A stretch of 64,000 nucleotides of DNA from Candidatus Latescibacterota bacterium (GTDB lineage: Bacteria > Latescibacterota > UBA2968 > UBA8231), in contig CBDETY010000003.1 of assembly GCA_965243025.1 (NCBI GenBank), positions 1,536,001-1,600,000 on the forward strand. Reading direction: 5' to 3'. How positions within the stretch are numbered: the first letter of the stretch is position 1; each line of letters opens with the position of its first letter. Under the pieces are notes generated by a model, which was given only the letters and a program-made list of their open reading frames with translations, made no database searches and was not told the DNA's origin. The position numbers were made by a program, and so were the translations under genes. Shown here one piece after another: positions 44,037 to 54,376 of this stretch.

Positions 44037-45170
44037 ATGGCTGCGATGCAACTGAAGACCGCCGGGGAGACGCGCTACGACGCCGTCTCCCTGGGGGAGG
44101 TGCTGCTGAGAGTCGATCCGGGAGACGTGCCGACCGCAAGGGCGAGGACGGCGCGTATCTGGCAGGGAGGAGGAGAGACCAACGTCACCGTCGGCCTGAG
44201 CTACACCTTCGGGCTGAGGGCCGCGGTCCTGACCGCCCTGGTCGATGACGGCGTCGGCCGCAACATCGAGAACCAGCTCAGGGAGGTGGGTCTCGACACC
44301 AGCCGCGTCATCTGGTTCAACAACTCTGGCAAGGGGAAGTACAGCACCGACGCCAAGGGGACGCTGCACAACGGCGTCAACTTCACCTGGGCGGGGAAGG
44401 GTCTGCTGCCCTCGGTGACCGAGTACTACCGCGCCCATACCCCGATCCGGGAGATCGGTCCGGGGGACATCGACTGGGATCACCTCTTCGGCGAGGTCGG
44501 AACGCGCTGGTTCAGCACCGGCGGCATCTACACGCTGCTGTCTCCGAAGACCGCTGCTCTGGCCGAAGAGGGGATGAGGAAAGCAGGGGAGCACGGCGTC
44601 GGCCGGTCGTTCGACCTCAACTACCGCTCCAAGGTCGAGCCGGACAAGGAGCGGGCCCGCCAGATCAACCGCGGCATCGTCCCCCACGTCGACTTCCTGG
44701 TCGGCAACCACGACGACTTCGACGACGCTCTCGGGTACGAAACCGACCCGCTGCCGAAGGACGCCCCCTTCGAGGCGTGGCTCGACGCCTACACCGGGAT
44801 GCTGCGGAAGGTGGCCGGCGACTACCCCGACATCAGGCTGATCGGCACCCAGCTGCGGGGAGCCCTGAGCGCCGACCGCATCGACTGGGGGGCGGTGCTC
44901 TACGACGTCGCAAACGACGCCGTCCACCAGGCGGTGGTGCGCGACAACGTCGAGATCGCCGACCGCACCGGGGGAGGAGACTCCTTCGCGTCAGGTGTGG
45001 TCGCCGCCACGCTGAACGGCAAGGGGCCGGAAGAGGCGGTCCAGTGGGGGGCGGCCCACGGCATCCTGGTGCAGGAGACCCCCGGCGACATCACCTTCGT
45101 AAAGCAGGGCGACGTCGAGAAGGAGATCGCACGGGCCCTCGCCGGCGGAGGGGTATCGGCCCTGCGCTGA
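44037..45170 (+). CDS. kdgK: PfkB sugar kinase, 2-dehydro-3-deoxygluconokinase-like
   Basis: AGGAGG RBS; LGEVLLR, GGGETNV, FDLNYR, DRTGGGDSF, TPGD. Confidence 0.85.
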   Translation: MAAMQLKTAGETRYDAVSLGEVLLRVDPGDVPTARARTARIWQGGGETNVTVGLSYTFGLRAAVLTALVDDGVGRNIENQLREVGLDTSRVIWFNNSGKGKYSTDAKGTLHNGVNFTWAGKGLLPSVTEYYRAHTPIREIGPGDIDWDHLFGEVGTRWFSTGGIYTLLSPKTAALAEEGMRKAGEHGVGRSFDLNYRSKVEPDKERARQINRGIVPHVDFLVGNHDDFDDALGYETDPLPKDAPFEAWLDAYTGMLRKVAGDYPDIRLIGTQLRGALSADRIDWGAVLYDVANDAVHQAVVRDNVEIADRTGGGDSFASGVVAATLNGKGPEEAVQWGAAHGILVQETPGDITFVKQGDVEKEIARALAGGGVSALR

Positions 45171-45353
45171 CCGCCCATCGGGGCTGACCCCTTTGCATCC
45201 CCTGATGAGAGGGGCCCCTCAGCCGCCGGGTATTGAGTGGGGAGCGGGGTATATGCCATTCTTTCGCCGGACATGCCCGTGGGCCAGGACCTGGGCATCT
45301 GTTTTCCGGAAATAGCCCTTTCCACAAGCCATTCCCTGGATTTTCGCCGCTGA

Positions 45354-46925
45354 TCAGCGGGGTTCGCGCAGTTCACCCCGCAGCCCCGTCCAGACGCAGA
45401 CCGCCATTCCCAGCAGGACCACGGCGAACGGGAAGCCGGATACGAGCGAGGCTGCCTGCAGCGAGTTCAGCCCTCCTCCGAGCAGAAGGGCTATGGCGAC
45501 CAGTCCCTCGATCGTGCACCAGAAGACGCGTTGGGCCACCGGGGCGTCTACCCTGCCGCCCGCGGCGATTGTGTCCAGGATCAGCGATCCCGAATCCGAA
45601 GAGGTGACGAAGAACAGGACGGTCAGGAGAATTGCGAACGACGAAAGCAGCTTCCCCAGGGGGAGCTCGTCGAACATCTTGAACAGGGCGATCTCCAGCT
45701 TCCAGGCCTCGACGTTTTCGGTTACGCCGGTATACCCCTCGACGATATGCTGGTGCAGGGCAGCGCCGCCGAAGGCACCGAACCACAGCAGGCAGGCGGC
45801 CACCGGCAGTATGAGCACGAAAACCACGAATTCGCGCACCGTGCGTCCCCTGGAAATGCGCGCAATGAAGGTGCCGACAAAGGGGGCCCAGGCGAGCCAC
45901 CATGCCCAGTAGAAGGTCGTCCAGCCGTGCAGGAAGTCGGTGTCCTCGCGTCCTGCCCAGTTGCTCAGGGGGACGATCCTGGCGAGATAGCTGCCGAGGG
46001 CGTCGAACATGCCCCGGAAGATGTACAGGGTCGGTCCGAGTCCGATGACGGCGGCCAGCAGCAGAAAACCGAGGACCATGTTCCACTGGCTGAGCCGCTT
46101 GATACCGGAGTCGAGGCCAGCCAGCACCGATGCGAGGGCGATGCAGGTTATCACCACGATCAGCCCCACCATGGTGGTGCCGGTGGCGGGGACACCGAAC
46201 AGGTAGTTGAGACCCGAGGTCAGCTGCTTGACCCCCAGGCCGAGGGAGGTGGCGAGGCCGAACAGCCCGGCGAAGATCGCGAACGTATCGATGATGTGGC
46301 CGGGCCAGCCCCAGACGCGGTCGCCGAAAAGAGGGTGAAACGCCGAGCGGATGGTGAAGGGGAGTCCGCGGTTGTAGGAGAAGTATCCGAGGGCGAGCCC
46401 GACGAGGCCGTATATGCCCCAGCCGTGCAGCCCCCAGTGGAAAACCGTGGCGGCTATGCCGACGGCTGCCGCCTCCTCGGTTCCGGGGGCGATTCCCAGC
46501 GGCGGGTGCATGTAGTAGTAGACCGGCTCCGCCACCCCGTAGAACAGCAGGCCAATTCCCACGCCCGCGGAAAACAGCATGGAGAACCAGGTCTTGTTGG
46601 AGTACTGCGGTTTTTCATCCATCCCCCCGAGGCGCACCCTGCCGAGAGGGGAGAACGCCACGCACAGGCAAAAGAGCAGGATGAGGTTGGCGGTCAACAT
46701 GAAGAACCAGTCGAACCTCGTGGTGAGCCACTCGCGGGTATTCCCGAAGACCACCGTCGCCGCTTCCAGGAACAGCAGCGTCCCGACGACGAACAGGACG
46801 ATGGTGATTCCGGAGATCACGAACACCGGCGTCAGGTGGATCTCCAGGCCGAACAGCCTGCGGTAGCGTACGTCGTCAGCCAGCAACGGTTGTTTCGCCA
46901 CTCGGGGGATTTCCAGTCGGGGCAT
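45354..46925 (-). CDS. BCCT family (betaine/carnitine/choline) transporter
   Basis: WFSMLFSAGVGIG, FHWGLHGW, WTTFYWAWWLAWAPFVGTFIARISRGRTVREF, FFVTSSDSG. Confidence 0.93.
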   Translation of the reverse strand: MPRLEIPRVAKQPLLADDVRYRRLFGLEIHLTPVFVISGITIVLFVVGTLLFLEAATVVFGNTREWLTTRFDWFFMLTANLILLFCLCVAFSPLGRVRLGGMDEKPQYSNKTWFSMLFSAGVGIGLLFYGVAEPVYYYMHPPLGIAPGTEEAAAVGIAATVFHWGLHGWGIYGLVGLALGYFSYNRGLPFTIRSAFHPLFGDRVWGWPGHIIDTFAIFAGLFGLATSLGLGVKQLTSGLNYLFGVPATGTTMVGLIVVITCIALASVLAGLDSGIKRLSQWNMVLGFLLLAAVIGLGPTLYIFRGMFDALGSYLARIVPLSNWAGREDTDFLHGWTTFYWAWWLAWAPFVGTFIARISRGRTVREFVVFVLILPVAACLLWFGAFGGAALHQHIVEGYTGVTENVEAWKLEIALFKMFDELPLGKLLSSFAILLTVLFFVTSSDSGSLILDTIAAGGRVDAPVAQRVFWCTIEGLVAIALLLGGGLNSLQAASLVSGFPFAVVLLGMAVCVWTGLRGELREPR

Positions 46926-47408
46926 TTTTCCGGTGTTCCGGCTCCCCAACGGTGCCGGAAAACGGTTTGTTGTCGCCCCCGAAACTTCGAGGTGGGGGAA
47001 TGGGCAGGGGCTGTCCCGCCCGGGGTTGATCGAAGGCTGCGGCCCCGAGGGCTCAGCCGGTCGCCGCGGCCGGCCCTTCAGGCTGGAGCACGCGAACTGC
47101 GCGGGGCACTGGTGTTGCGTCCCGCGGACCTGGGAGGATTCCCGCGCTGAGGCGTCCGTCCCGCAGGGCGCTCGAGCGATTCGTCCCGGGGTTGTACGGC
47201 GAGCGAAGGCAACGTGGGCGAGACGAGATGGATGGCCCCGGACACTGCAAAGGATTCCCGGGACCCGACTTCAGGACGAAGCGAGACCCGGCTCCTCTCC
47301 GGGTTCCCGGGCAGGCTGCTGCCAAAGTGGGTGCCGGAGTGGGCCGGGCGGCGCGAAGGGAACCGCTCGCAATCCTTTTCCCGATTCCTGAAACAGGTTC
47401 CCGCTTCC

Positions 47409-50400
47409 TTACCGAAGTTGATATGTGACCGCCAGCTTCACCCGCCGGCCCTTGGGGTCGTGGGTGAAACCGTCGTACGCCTGCTCGATGTTGACCAGGG
47501 GCGGCCTGGTGTCGAGAAGGTTCATCCCCGACAGCACGAGGTTGACGCCCCCGGTCATGTTCCACAGGAAGCTCACGTCCAAGGTGACGAAGGGGTCGAT
47601 GGTACCGAACAGGTCCTTGATGGCTGCGTTGTCCGAGGACATCGATCCCCGGTCCTCGTACGAGGAGATGTAGTTCAGGTAGCTGACGAGGTTGTAGGTG
47701 TTCCAGCGATAGCCTGCCGATGCCCGCCCCTTCAATTTGGGAAGGGAGGTCGCAATCGGATTGCCGAAGTTCAGGTACCCGGCAGCGTCGGCCGCCTCCT
47801 GCAGCACGAGATCGCCCAGCATCAACGCCTTTGTCTCGTACTCGAGGATGTAGCTGCCGTCCAGACTGGCGGCGACCTGCCCCGAGCCTGCGGGCATCCG
47901 CGTGCCCAGGTGCATGTCGATCCCCGAGGTCTTCACCCCCGGCCAGTTGACGATATCGACCTGCACCCGCTCGAGCTCCGAGGCCGCGCAGGTGCCGGTT
48001 CCTACCCCGTCCGGGCAGACGATGAACTGCTTCAGGGCGTCCTTGTTGTCTTCATCGGCATACAAGGCGGTAATGGCCCCGTGGGGCATGGCCCCGATTA
48101 CATCGCTGAAATCGTAGCTCCAGTAGTCGAAGGTCGCTTCATGGCCCGCCTCGGTGACCAGGGCGAAGCCCGCATTGTAGGTGAATGCCCGTTCGGGTTT
48201 GAGATCCTTGCTGCCGAAGCGGTCCACCGTCTGGTAGGCGCCCGTCTCGTTGATCCACTCCAGGGTCGAGAGCGGGCTCTCGTTCACGTCGTCCAGCGAC
48301 GGCGTGCGGAACGTCGTCTGCACCGAGCCGCGCAGAAAGAGCGATTGGGTTGAGGACTCGGCGATCTGGTAGCGCCACCCGAACTTGGGATCGAAACTGC
48401 TCGCCACGTCGTGGGACTCGAAGTTGGCGGCGAGCTGGGTGTCGAAGCGCGATCCCAGGCTCAGGGGAATCTCGGCGAAGAGGCGATGTACCGTCTGCGA
48501 TTCATCGTAGGGCCGATTCACGTTGGTGAACGCATAAGGCCCGAACCTGTCTTCCTCTGTGCACCCGTCATCTCCCACCACCGGGCAGGGGTTGATGGTC
48601 ACGTCCCCTGCGTCGTTGGGGTCGCCGCTGGCATTGAGCAGGCGGAACTGGTACCCGGCCGCGTAGCTGGCGACGTTCTCGATCCAGGTCCCGGTCAGCG
48701 TGGCATCGGCAACCAGCATGTCCGCCGTGCTCTGCAAGTCGACTTCATTATCTGCCAGCCAGTTCCGCAGCTCGGGGCTGTTTTTGAGGTTGGCCCGGTA
48801 ACCGGGGTTCGGTCGGGTTGCATAATCCGAACCGTGTTGATCGGTGAGCTCGATGGCGTTGCCGAACGGGTTGTAGTACTGGCAGCCGCCCTGACCCGCT
48901 TCTTGGCCGTTGAGCGGACCGAGCTTCATCCCGGCAAGAGAGTTGGGATCCGCCTCGACGCCGACGCCGCAGTCGGGTCCCCCGAACCCGCGGAAGCCGA
49001 GGAAGAGGCGCTCGATGTACACCCCCGGCAGGTTGTAGTTCCCCTCGGTGCGGGACCAGGAGAGGCCCAGGTCGAAATGGGTCTCCCGGCCGCCGATCGA
49101 CATGAAGTCCCCATTCGCCGAGGCCGCCAGGCGCATGGTGCTGGAGTCGCGGCCCAGCGTGCGGCCTGGGCCCGAGTTGCCGAAGGGGCGGCCGTTGAAA
49201 TACCAGTTATCGCCGTCCTGGCATTCGTCGTAGTACAGGTCGCCGTCCTCGGCGCCGTAGTCTTCGCAGAAGGCCTGCCTGCCCGGGTGACTGGGGGCGA
49301 CCTCCTGGATACTCGTGTCCGTCAGTGGGAAAGGAGGGTACGAAGGGGTGGTGTACCAATTTGGGATCTCGGCCGCCGCCCACAGGCCTTCGAAGTGATA
49401 CTCCGTGCCATTGTCCAGCGCGCCGTTGACCTCGGAAAAAAGACGGAGATGGCTCATGTCCTCGACCAGGTTCTCGTACTGCTGGTAGCGGAAGCGGCAG
49501 GTCCAGGATTCCCGGTAGCCGCCGAACGCCTCGCAGTCGGGGGCGTGGATGGCGGCCGTCCAGGGGGCGGGGGCGCCGACGGCGAAGGTGCCCGGGTTCC
49601 CGATGCTCGACCATCCGAAACGCTGCCCGCCGCCGTGCCACGGCTGCAGCAGGTAGTCCCTGTCGGTGGCCGGCAGCTCCCGGCGCTTTCTCCACTCGCC
49701 GGCGACAATCGCATGGGCGCCCCCGAGTCTGCCGCCCCATATGGCGCCGAGGTCGGTGTCCCCGGCACCGGCGATATACTCGTGGTTGGCCGAGACTTCA
49801 AGCCCCGTGAAGTCGGAACGGGTCAGAAAGTTGGCGACCCCGGCCACCGCATCCGACCCGTAGATGGCCGCGGCCCCTTCCTTGAGCACCTCGACGCGGT
49901 CCAGGGCGATGGAAGGGATGGCGTTCACGTCGACGAAGCGGCCGCCGATGAGGCGCGCCGGCACGTAGGTCTGGCGGCGGCCGTTGAACAGCACCAGGGT
50001 CCGCGAGGCTCCCAGGCCGCGCAGGTTTACGTTGGCGATGCTTTCGGAAAGGGTAGCGGCCTGGTTGGCGTTGTACCAACTGCTTCGCTCCCCGATCACC
50101 CCATGGCTGGCACTGAGGTTCTTGAAGAAATCGACGGGCTGGGGCGAGCCCTGCTCCTTCAGCGTTTCCCGGTTCGCCGTGGTCACCGCATAGGGAAGGT
50201 TGATAGGGGATTCCTTGAAGGCGGTGCCGGTCACCGCGGTCTCCTCGAAGAGAATCGCCGCCGGTTCCAGGCGCAGCTCGACTGCGGCGGAGGTGCCTGC
50301 CTCGACCACGACGGTCGCGGTTGCAGGGGAGTAGCCGATCAATTCGACGGTCACTTCATGCTCTCCCACCGGGACCTCGAGGAGGGTGAGGCGCCCCTGT

Positions 50401-50582
50401 TCGTCCGAAGATCCTCGCAGGTCGAGAGCCGGCAAGTGGATCAGGGCCGCTTCCAGAGCATGTCCACTTGCGGCGTCGACGACGGTGAAGGCGACCGCAC
50501 CGGTGGTTTGCGCGTGCACCGGAGCGATTCCGAGGAAGGCCGCACCTGCCACTGTCGAAATACACCTTTTCCAGGCATTCAT
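47409..50582 (-). CDS. Large TonB-dependent receptor (1057 aa)
   Basis: AAGGAG RBS, signal peptide, NLRGLGASRTLVLFNGRR, RVEVLKEGAAAIYGSDAVAGVANF, FRTPSL, LKPE. Confidence 0.93.
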   Translation of the reverse strand: MNAWKRCISTVAGAAFLGIAPVHAQTTGAVAFTVVDAASGHALEAALIHLPALDLRGSSDEQGRLTLLEVPVGEHEVTVELIGYSPATATVVVEAGTSAAVELRLEPAAILFEETAVTGTAFKESPINLPYAVTTANRETLKEQGSPQPVDFFKNLSASHGVIGERSSWYNANQAATLSESIANVNLRGLGASRTLVLFNGRRQTYVPARLIGGRFVDVNAIPSIALDRVEVLKEGAAAIYGSDAVAGVANFLTRSDFTGLEVSANHEYIAGAGDTDLGAIWGGRLGGAHAIVAGEWRKRRELPATDRDYLLQPWHGGGQRFGWSSIGNPGTFAVGAPAPWTAAIHAPDCEAFGGYRESWTCRFRYQQYENLVEDMSHLRLFSEVNGALDNGTEYHFEGLWAAAEIPNWYTTPSYPPFPLTDTSIQEVAPSHPGRQAFCEDYGAEDGDLYYDECQDGDNWYFNGRPFGNSGPGRTLGRDSSTMRLAASANGDFMSIGGRETHFDLGLSWSRTEGNYNLPGVYIERLFLGFRGFGGPDCGVGVEADPNSLAGMKLGPLNGQEAGQGGCQYYNPFGNAIELTDQHGSDYATRPNPGYRANLKNSPELRNWLADNEVDLQSTADMLVADATLTGTWIENVASYAAGYQFRLLNASGDPNDAGDVTINPCPVVGDDGCTEEDRFGPYAFTNVNRPYDESQTVHRLFAEIPLSLGSRFDTQLAANFESHDVASSFDPKFGWRYQIAESSTQSLFLRGSVQTTFRTPSLDDVNESPLSTLEWINETGAYQTVDRFGSKDLKPERAFTYNAGFALVTEAGHEATFDYWSYDFSDVIGAMPHGAITALYADEDNKDALKQFIVCPDGVGTGTCAASELERVQVDIVNWPGVKTSGIDMHLGTRMPAGSGQVAASLDGSYILEYETKALMLGDLVLQEAADAAGYLNFGNPIATSLPKLKGRASAGYRWNTYNLVSYLNYISSYEDRGSMSSDNAAIKDLFGTIDPFVTLDVSFLWNMTGGVNLVLSGMNLLDTRPPLVNIEQAYDGFTHDPKGRRVKLAVTYQLR

Positions 50583-50722
50583 CAGTGTTTCTCCTTGATT
50601 GATCGTTACGGCCCCAACGGGCGGGACGTTGTCAGATTTCCAACCCTGTCACGATGGGGATTTACAGGAAACCGGATGGGCTGCTCCGGTTGGCGGGAAG
50701 ATCTCCCGGCGCCGGAACGAGC

Positions 50723-51643
50723 CTACCCCTTCTTCTTCCGCGTTCCCGCGCGGCCCGGGAAAGTGAGCTCCGCCACACCCGACTTGTCGAGCTCTCCCTT
50801 GCCGATCTTGATCATGCGGTCGAACTGGCGTTTGGTGGTACGCGCCAACGGCAGATCGAGGCCGGCCTGCCGCGCCACGGACAGGGCGATTCCGGAGTCC
50901 TTGGCGGCGTGGGCGGCGGAGAAGTAGCACTCGTGATCCCGTGCCACCATGTCTTCTCCATCGGTCTCGAGCACCCTCGAGTTGGCCCCGGTCTGAGCGA
51001 AGACCTCCATGAGCATCTCGAGGTCGAGACCGAGCGCCTTGCCGAGGCCCAGACCTTCGGCCAGGCCGGCGGTGTTGATGTTCATCACCATGTTGACCAG
51101 GGCCTTGACTTCGGCCGCCTTGCCCGTTGGTCCGACGTAGCGCAGGGCCTTGCTCATCGATTTCAGCACCGGCAGGACTCTGTCGAACACCTCGCGCTCC
51201 CCTCCGCACATCAGGTAGAGGGTCCCGTCGCGGGCCTGCGTGATGCTGCTCGCCATGCATCCCTCGAGGGTGGAGGCACCGGCTTTGGCCGCCCGTTTCT
51301 CGACCTCGCGATGGACGTCGGGGGTAATGGTGGCGCAATTGATGAAGGTCCTGTTTTCCGCCCCGGCCAGAAGGCTGTCGCCGCTTTGCGAGAAGATCGT
51401 GCGCATCGCCTTGTCGTCGGTAACAACGGTGATGATCGTGTTGGCGGCCGCGGTGACACCGGCCAGCTTTCTCACCGCCTTCGCATCCAGCTCCTTGGCG
51501 AGCCTGGTTGCCAGCGACGGCTTGACGTCGTACAGGACAGTGACCGGAAAACCGGAGTCCTTGAGGTGCCTGGCGATGTTGGCGCCCATACGGCCCACTC
51601 CGACGACGCCGACCTGGAATTTCGATTTGTTTACTCGAGGCAT
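50723..51643 (-). CDS. Beta-hydroxyacid dehydrogenase (3-hydroxyisobutyrate dehydrogenase family)
   Basis: VGVGRMGANIA, KALVN catalytic Lys, AKD. Confidence 0.88.
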   Translation of the reverse strand: MPRVNKSKFQVGVVGVGRMGANIARHLKDSGFPVTVLYDVKPSLATRLAKELDAKAVRKLAGVTAAANTIITVVTDDKAMRTIFSQSGDSLLAGAENRTFINCATITPDVHREVEKRAAKAGASTLEGCMASSITQARDGTLYLMCGGEREVFDRVLPVLKSMSKALRYVGPTGKAAEVKALVNMVMNINTAGLAEGLGLGKALGLDLEMLMEVFAQTGANSRVLETDGEDMVARDHECYFSAAHAAKDSGIALSVARQAGLDLPLARTTKRQFDRMIKIGKGELDKSGVAELTFPGRAGTRKKKG

Positions 51644-51808
51644 GTGCCGATCTCCTTTTGCTCGTCTGGAACTTCAACATTCCTTCTGATTGTTCAATAG
51701 GGTAAAGCCGCGTGAAGATAGGGCGATGGCAAAGGGGCGACAAGCAGTTGTCTTCGCTCACAGACCACGTCCTGCAACCGTTTCAGTGCAGGTTTAGGGA
51801 GGAATCCG

Positions 51809-51840
51809 GCATGTTTTCTGCTTCGCATGTTTTCTGCTTC
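51809..51840 (+). repeat. Perfect 16-bp tandem duplication GCATGTTTTCTGCTTC x2
   Basis: Read directly; degenerate third unit at 51841-51853. Confidence 0.85.
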
Positions 51841-52043
51841 ATTGTTTCGGCTCCATGGTCCGCCAACAGGTTTTACTACTGTTCAGGGAGCAAGAAACAC
51901 CGTGACAAGGGTAAAATGTTTCAACGGGATATCACCGGACGGATCGGCCCGGAACGGTACGGATTGTCCAAAGGGTTGCCGCCTGGGGGTTTTGCCATTT
52001 GCTTGCTTCCTGTCCTGAAGTTTGCGATTGGAGTGAACCGCGG

Positions 52044-52835
52044 ATGAAAATCGGTGTAACGCAGATCGTTCTTGGCCGGATGAGTCTGGACGACACGCTC
52101 GAGCTCTGCCAGGAGGCCGGGTACGACGCGCTCGAACTCGTCTTCGGTCCCGGAAAGGACCTGGAGGCAGGCATGAGCGGGGCAGAACTCGGGCAGGTGG
52201 CAAAGCGGTGTGAAGGCGCGGGTGTCGAGATCACGAGCGTGATCGCCAACCTCCCCGAGCGGGGCAACCTGCTGAGCCGGGACGCCGGGGAGAGGGAGCA
52301 GTGCTGCCGTTGCGTATCGCGGTCCCTGGAGATCGCCGGCGCCCTCGGGGCCGGGGCGACGCTCCTTCACCCGGGGCAGCTGGCGGTCGAGGGTACGTAC
52401 CGGGAAGCCTGGAACGATCTGACGGAGGCGCTGGGGCGCCTCGCCATAGAGGCGGAGGCACACCGGGTCGCCATCGGACTGGAGAACGTGTGGAACAAGT
52501 TCCTGCTCAGTCCGGACGAGGCAGTCAGGCTGGTCGAGGCAGTGGGAAGCGAGTGGGTCGGGATCTATCTCGATACTGCAAACATGATGGCGTACGGGTA
52601 CCCCGAGCACTGGATCCGCGCCCTGGGATCGAAAATCGTCCGCGTGCACTTGAAGGACTTCGACCGGGCCGGGCACAAGTTCGTCAACCTCGGGGAAGGG
52701 GACACCGACTGGCCCACCGTCATGGCGGAGCTCCGCGCAGTGGGGTACGCCTCCTCGCTGATTCACGAAGTCGGTGGAGACCGGTCTCTTCTCGTCGACC
52801 TCGGTGAGCGCATGCGGCGCATCGCCTCCCAGTAA
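52044..52835 (+). CDS. Sugar phosphate isomerase/epimerase (TIM barrel, AP endonuclease 2 family)
   Basis: LENVWNKFLLSP, YLDTAN, VHLKDF, GEGDTDW, HE. Confidence 0.88.
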   Translation: MKIGVTQIVLGRMSLDDTLELCQEAGYDALELVFGPGKDLEAGMSGAELGQVAKRCEGAGVEITSVIANLPERGNLLSRDAGEREQCCRCVSRSLEIAGALGAGATLLHPGQLAVEGTYREAWNDLTEALGRLAIEAEAHRVAIGLENVWNKFLLSPDEAVRLVEAVGSEWVGIYLDTANMMAYGYPEHWIRALGSKIVRVHLKDFDRAGHKFVNLGEGDTDWPTVMAELRAVGYASSLIHEVGGDRSLLVDLGERMRRIASQ

Positions 52836-52853
52836 TGGAAAGGAAGCAATGAC

Positions 52854-53576
52854 TTGCCTTACGTGAAGAACTGGAGAGACGTCCAGCCCGACATCTCGCA
52901 CCTGAGCGCCGTTCACTGGGGCGGGCTGCGGCCGCGAGACGGGAGCGATCCGGATGACGACCGCAATCGCCTGGCCAGACTGGGCGGGTTCGCCCGCCAC
53001 GCCCTGCAGGGCCGCAAGACCTCGGACCATCACAGGCATGATTGCAAGGAGCAGGTGTACTACATCCTCAGCGGGTCCGGGGAGGTGCTGTTCGACGGCA
53101 GGCGGTTCCCCGTCGAGAGCGGGGATGCCGTCTATTTGCCCTCGGGTCTGTACCATCAGATGTTCAACGACATGAACGAAAGCTGGCTCGAGCACCACGT
53201 GATCAGCATGCCTGTGGAGGAGGACGGCGGCGAAATCTCCATCCGCAACTGGCGCCACGCGAGCCCGCAGGGGGACGGCGCCGGAGCCATCCGCTGGCAC
53301 CAGCTGGGACCTCTCGGAGAGGAGGACTCCGGATGTCTTCGCGGCATGGCGTTCATCGATCGCGAAGCGGTGCAGCCGCAAGGCCGGTCGGCGCCGCGCA
53401 GGCACGAGGATCTCGAGCAGGTCTACTACGGGCTCGAAAACTCGGGGGTGATAACCGTCGGCGGGGAAGAGGTCCCTTTCACCGAGGGGGACATGATCCA
53501 CCTTCCTCCCGGCTGCGAGTACAGCATCGCCAACCCCAACCGCGACTGGGTCAGCTACCTGATCATGGCGGCCTAG
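52854..53576 (+). CDS. Bicupin protein
   Basis: Internal duplication: HRHDCKEQVYY...HQMFN / RRHEDLEQVYY...YSIAN. Confidence 0.82.
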   Translation: MPYVKNWRDVQPDISHLSAVHWGGLRPRDGSDPDDDRNRLARLGGFARHALQGRKTSDHHRHDCKEQVYYILSGSGEVLFDGRRFPVESGDAVYLPSGLYHQMFNDMNESWLEHHVISMPVEEDGGEISIRNWRHASPQGDGAGAIRWHQLGPLGEEDSGCLRGMAFIDREAVQPQGRSAPRRHEDLEQVYYGLENSGVITVGGEEVPFTEGDMIHLPPGCEYSIANPNRDWVSYLIMAA

Positions 53577-53664
53577 AACCTGTCCGCATGCCCGGTCGGA
53601 TCGGGCGTTGCGTCGGCAGGCAGGGATCCGGCAGGATTCGGAAACAGCACGGGAGAACAGAAGA

Positions 53665-53904
53665 ATGGCTTCTTTGCAGGAGCTTCACGCGGTCCTGAAC
53701 GATATGATGGCGTCGATCGCCGGGGACGGGAAGGAAGGGGAAGTGGATATCGCCGGGAAGCTGGCCAGAATCGACGCCCTGGGCCGGGAGCTCGGTACCG
53801 AGGCCCCTCCGATGCTCCGGCATTTCCTCGAAAAGCGCAGCTACGCAAAGGCGCTCGACTTCCTCGAGGGAATCGACCAATCGAAGGCCCCGAACTGCCG
53901 CTAG
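53665..53904 (+). CDS. 79-aa helical hypothetical protein
   Basis: GGAG upstream, host-like codon usage, LRHFLEKRSYAKALDFL; 3 nt before atl. Confidence 0.7.
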   Translation: MASLQELHAVLNDMMASIAGDGKEGEVDIAGKLARIDALGRELGTEAPPMLRHFLEKRSYAKALDFLEGIDQSKAPNCR

Positions 53905-53907
53905 GGG

Positions 53908-54231
53908 ATGCACCCCAACCGCCTCGCAATCTACGCCGTTGTCGCCGATATCCCCCATGGACGCGTCGCCACTTACGGCCAGGTAGCCGCTCTCGCCGGA
54001 TTGAGGGGACAGGCCCGGCAGGTGGGGTACGCCCTCGCCGCAATACCGGAGTCGCTCGAACTGCCCTGGCACCGCGTGATCAACGCCAGGGGCGGGGTGT
54101 CTGCGAGGAAACGTACCATGCTGCACATGCTGCAGAGGCAGCTCCTCGAAGCGGAGGGGATCGAATTCCAGGGCGGCAGGGTCGACCTCGGGAGGTTCCG
54201 CTGGGACCCCGGTCCTGCTCCCATCCATTGA
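53908..54231 (+). CDS. atl: Alkyltransferase-like protein (ATL, YbaZ type)
   Basis: IPHGRVATYGQVA, ARQVGYAL, PWHRV (Trp in place of the MGMT Cys), QRQLLEAEG. Confidence 0.92.
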   Translation: MHPNRLAIYAVVADIPHGRVATYGQVAALAGLRGQARQVGYALAAIPESLELPWHRVINARGGVSARKRTMLHMLQRQLLEAEGIEFQGGRVDLGRFRWDPGPAPIH

Positions 54232-54376
54232 ATCACACCGCCCGTCCGCCAGTTGCCTTCCCTCTTCCGGTCCCGGCCCACACGCCGGAGTCGGGAGACA
54301 CGGTCCGTCCGTCTGTTGCCCTGCCCATGCCGGTCCCCGCATCTGCCCGGAAACCGGGCGGGTCGGAGCGCCGTTT

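Noticed and set aside
50583-50722. Cobalamin/TPP riboswitch or Fur box upstream of the large TBDR
   Set aside because: No recognisable conserved cores in this short leader
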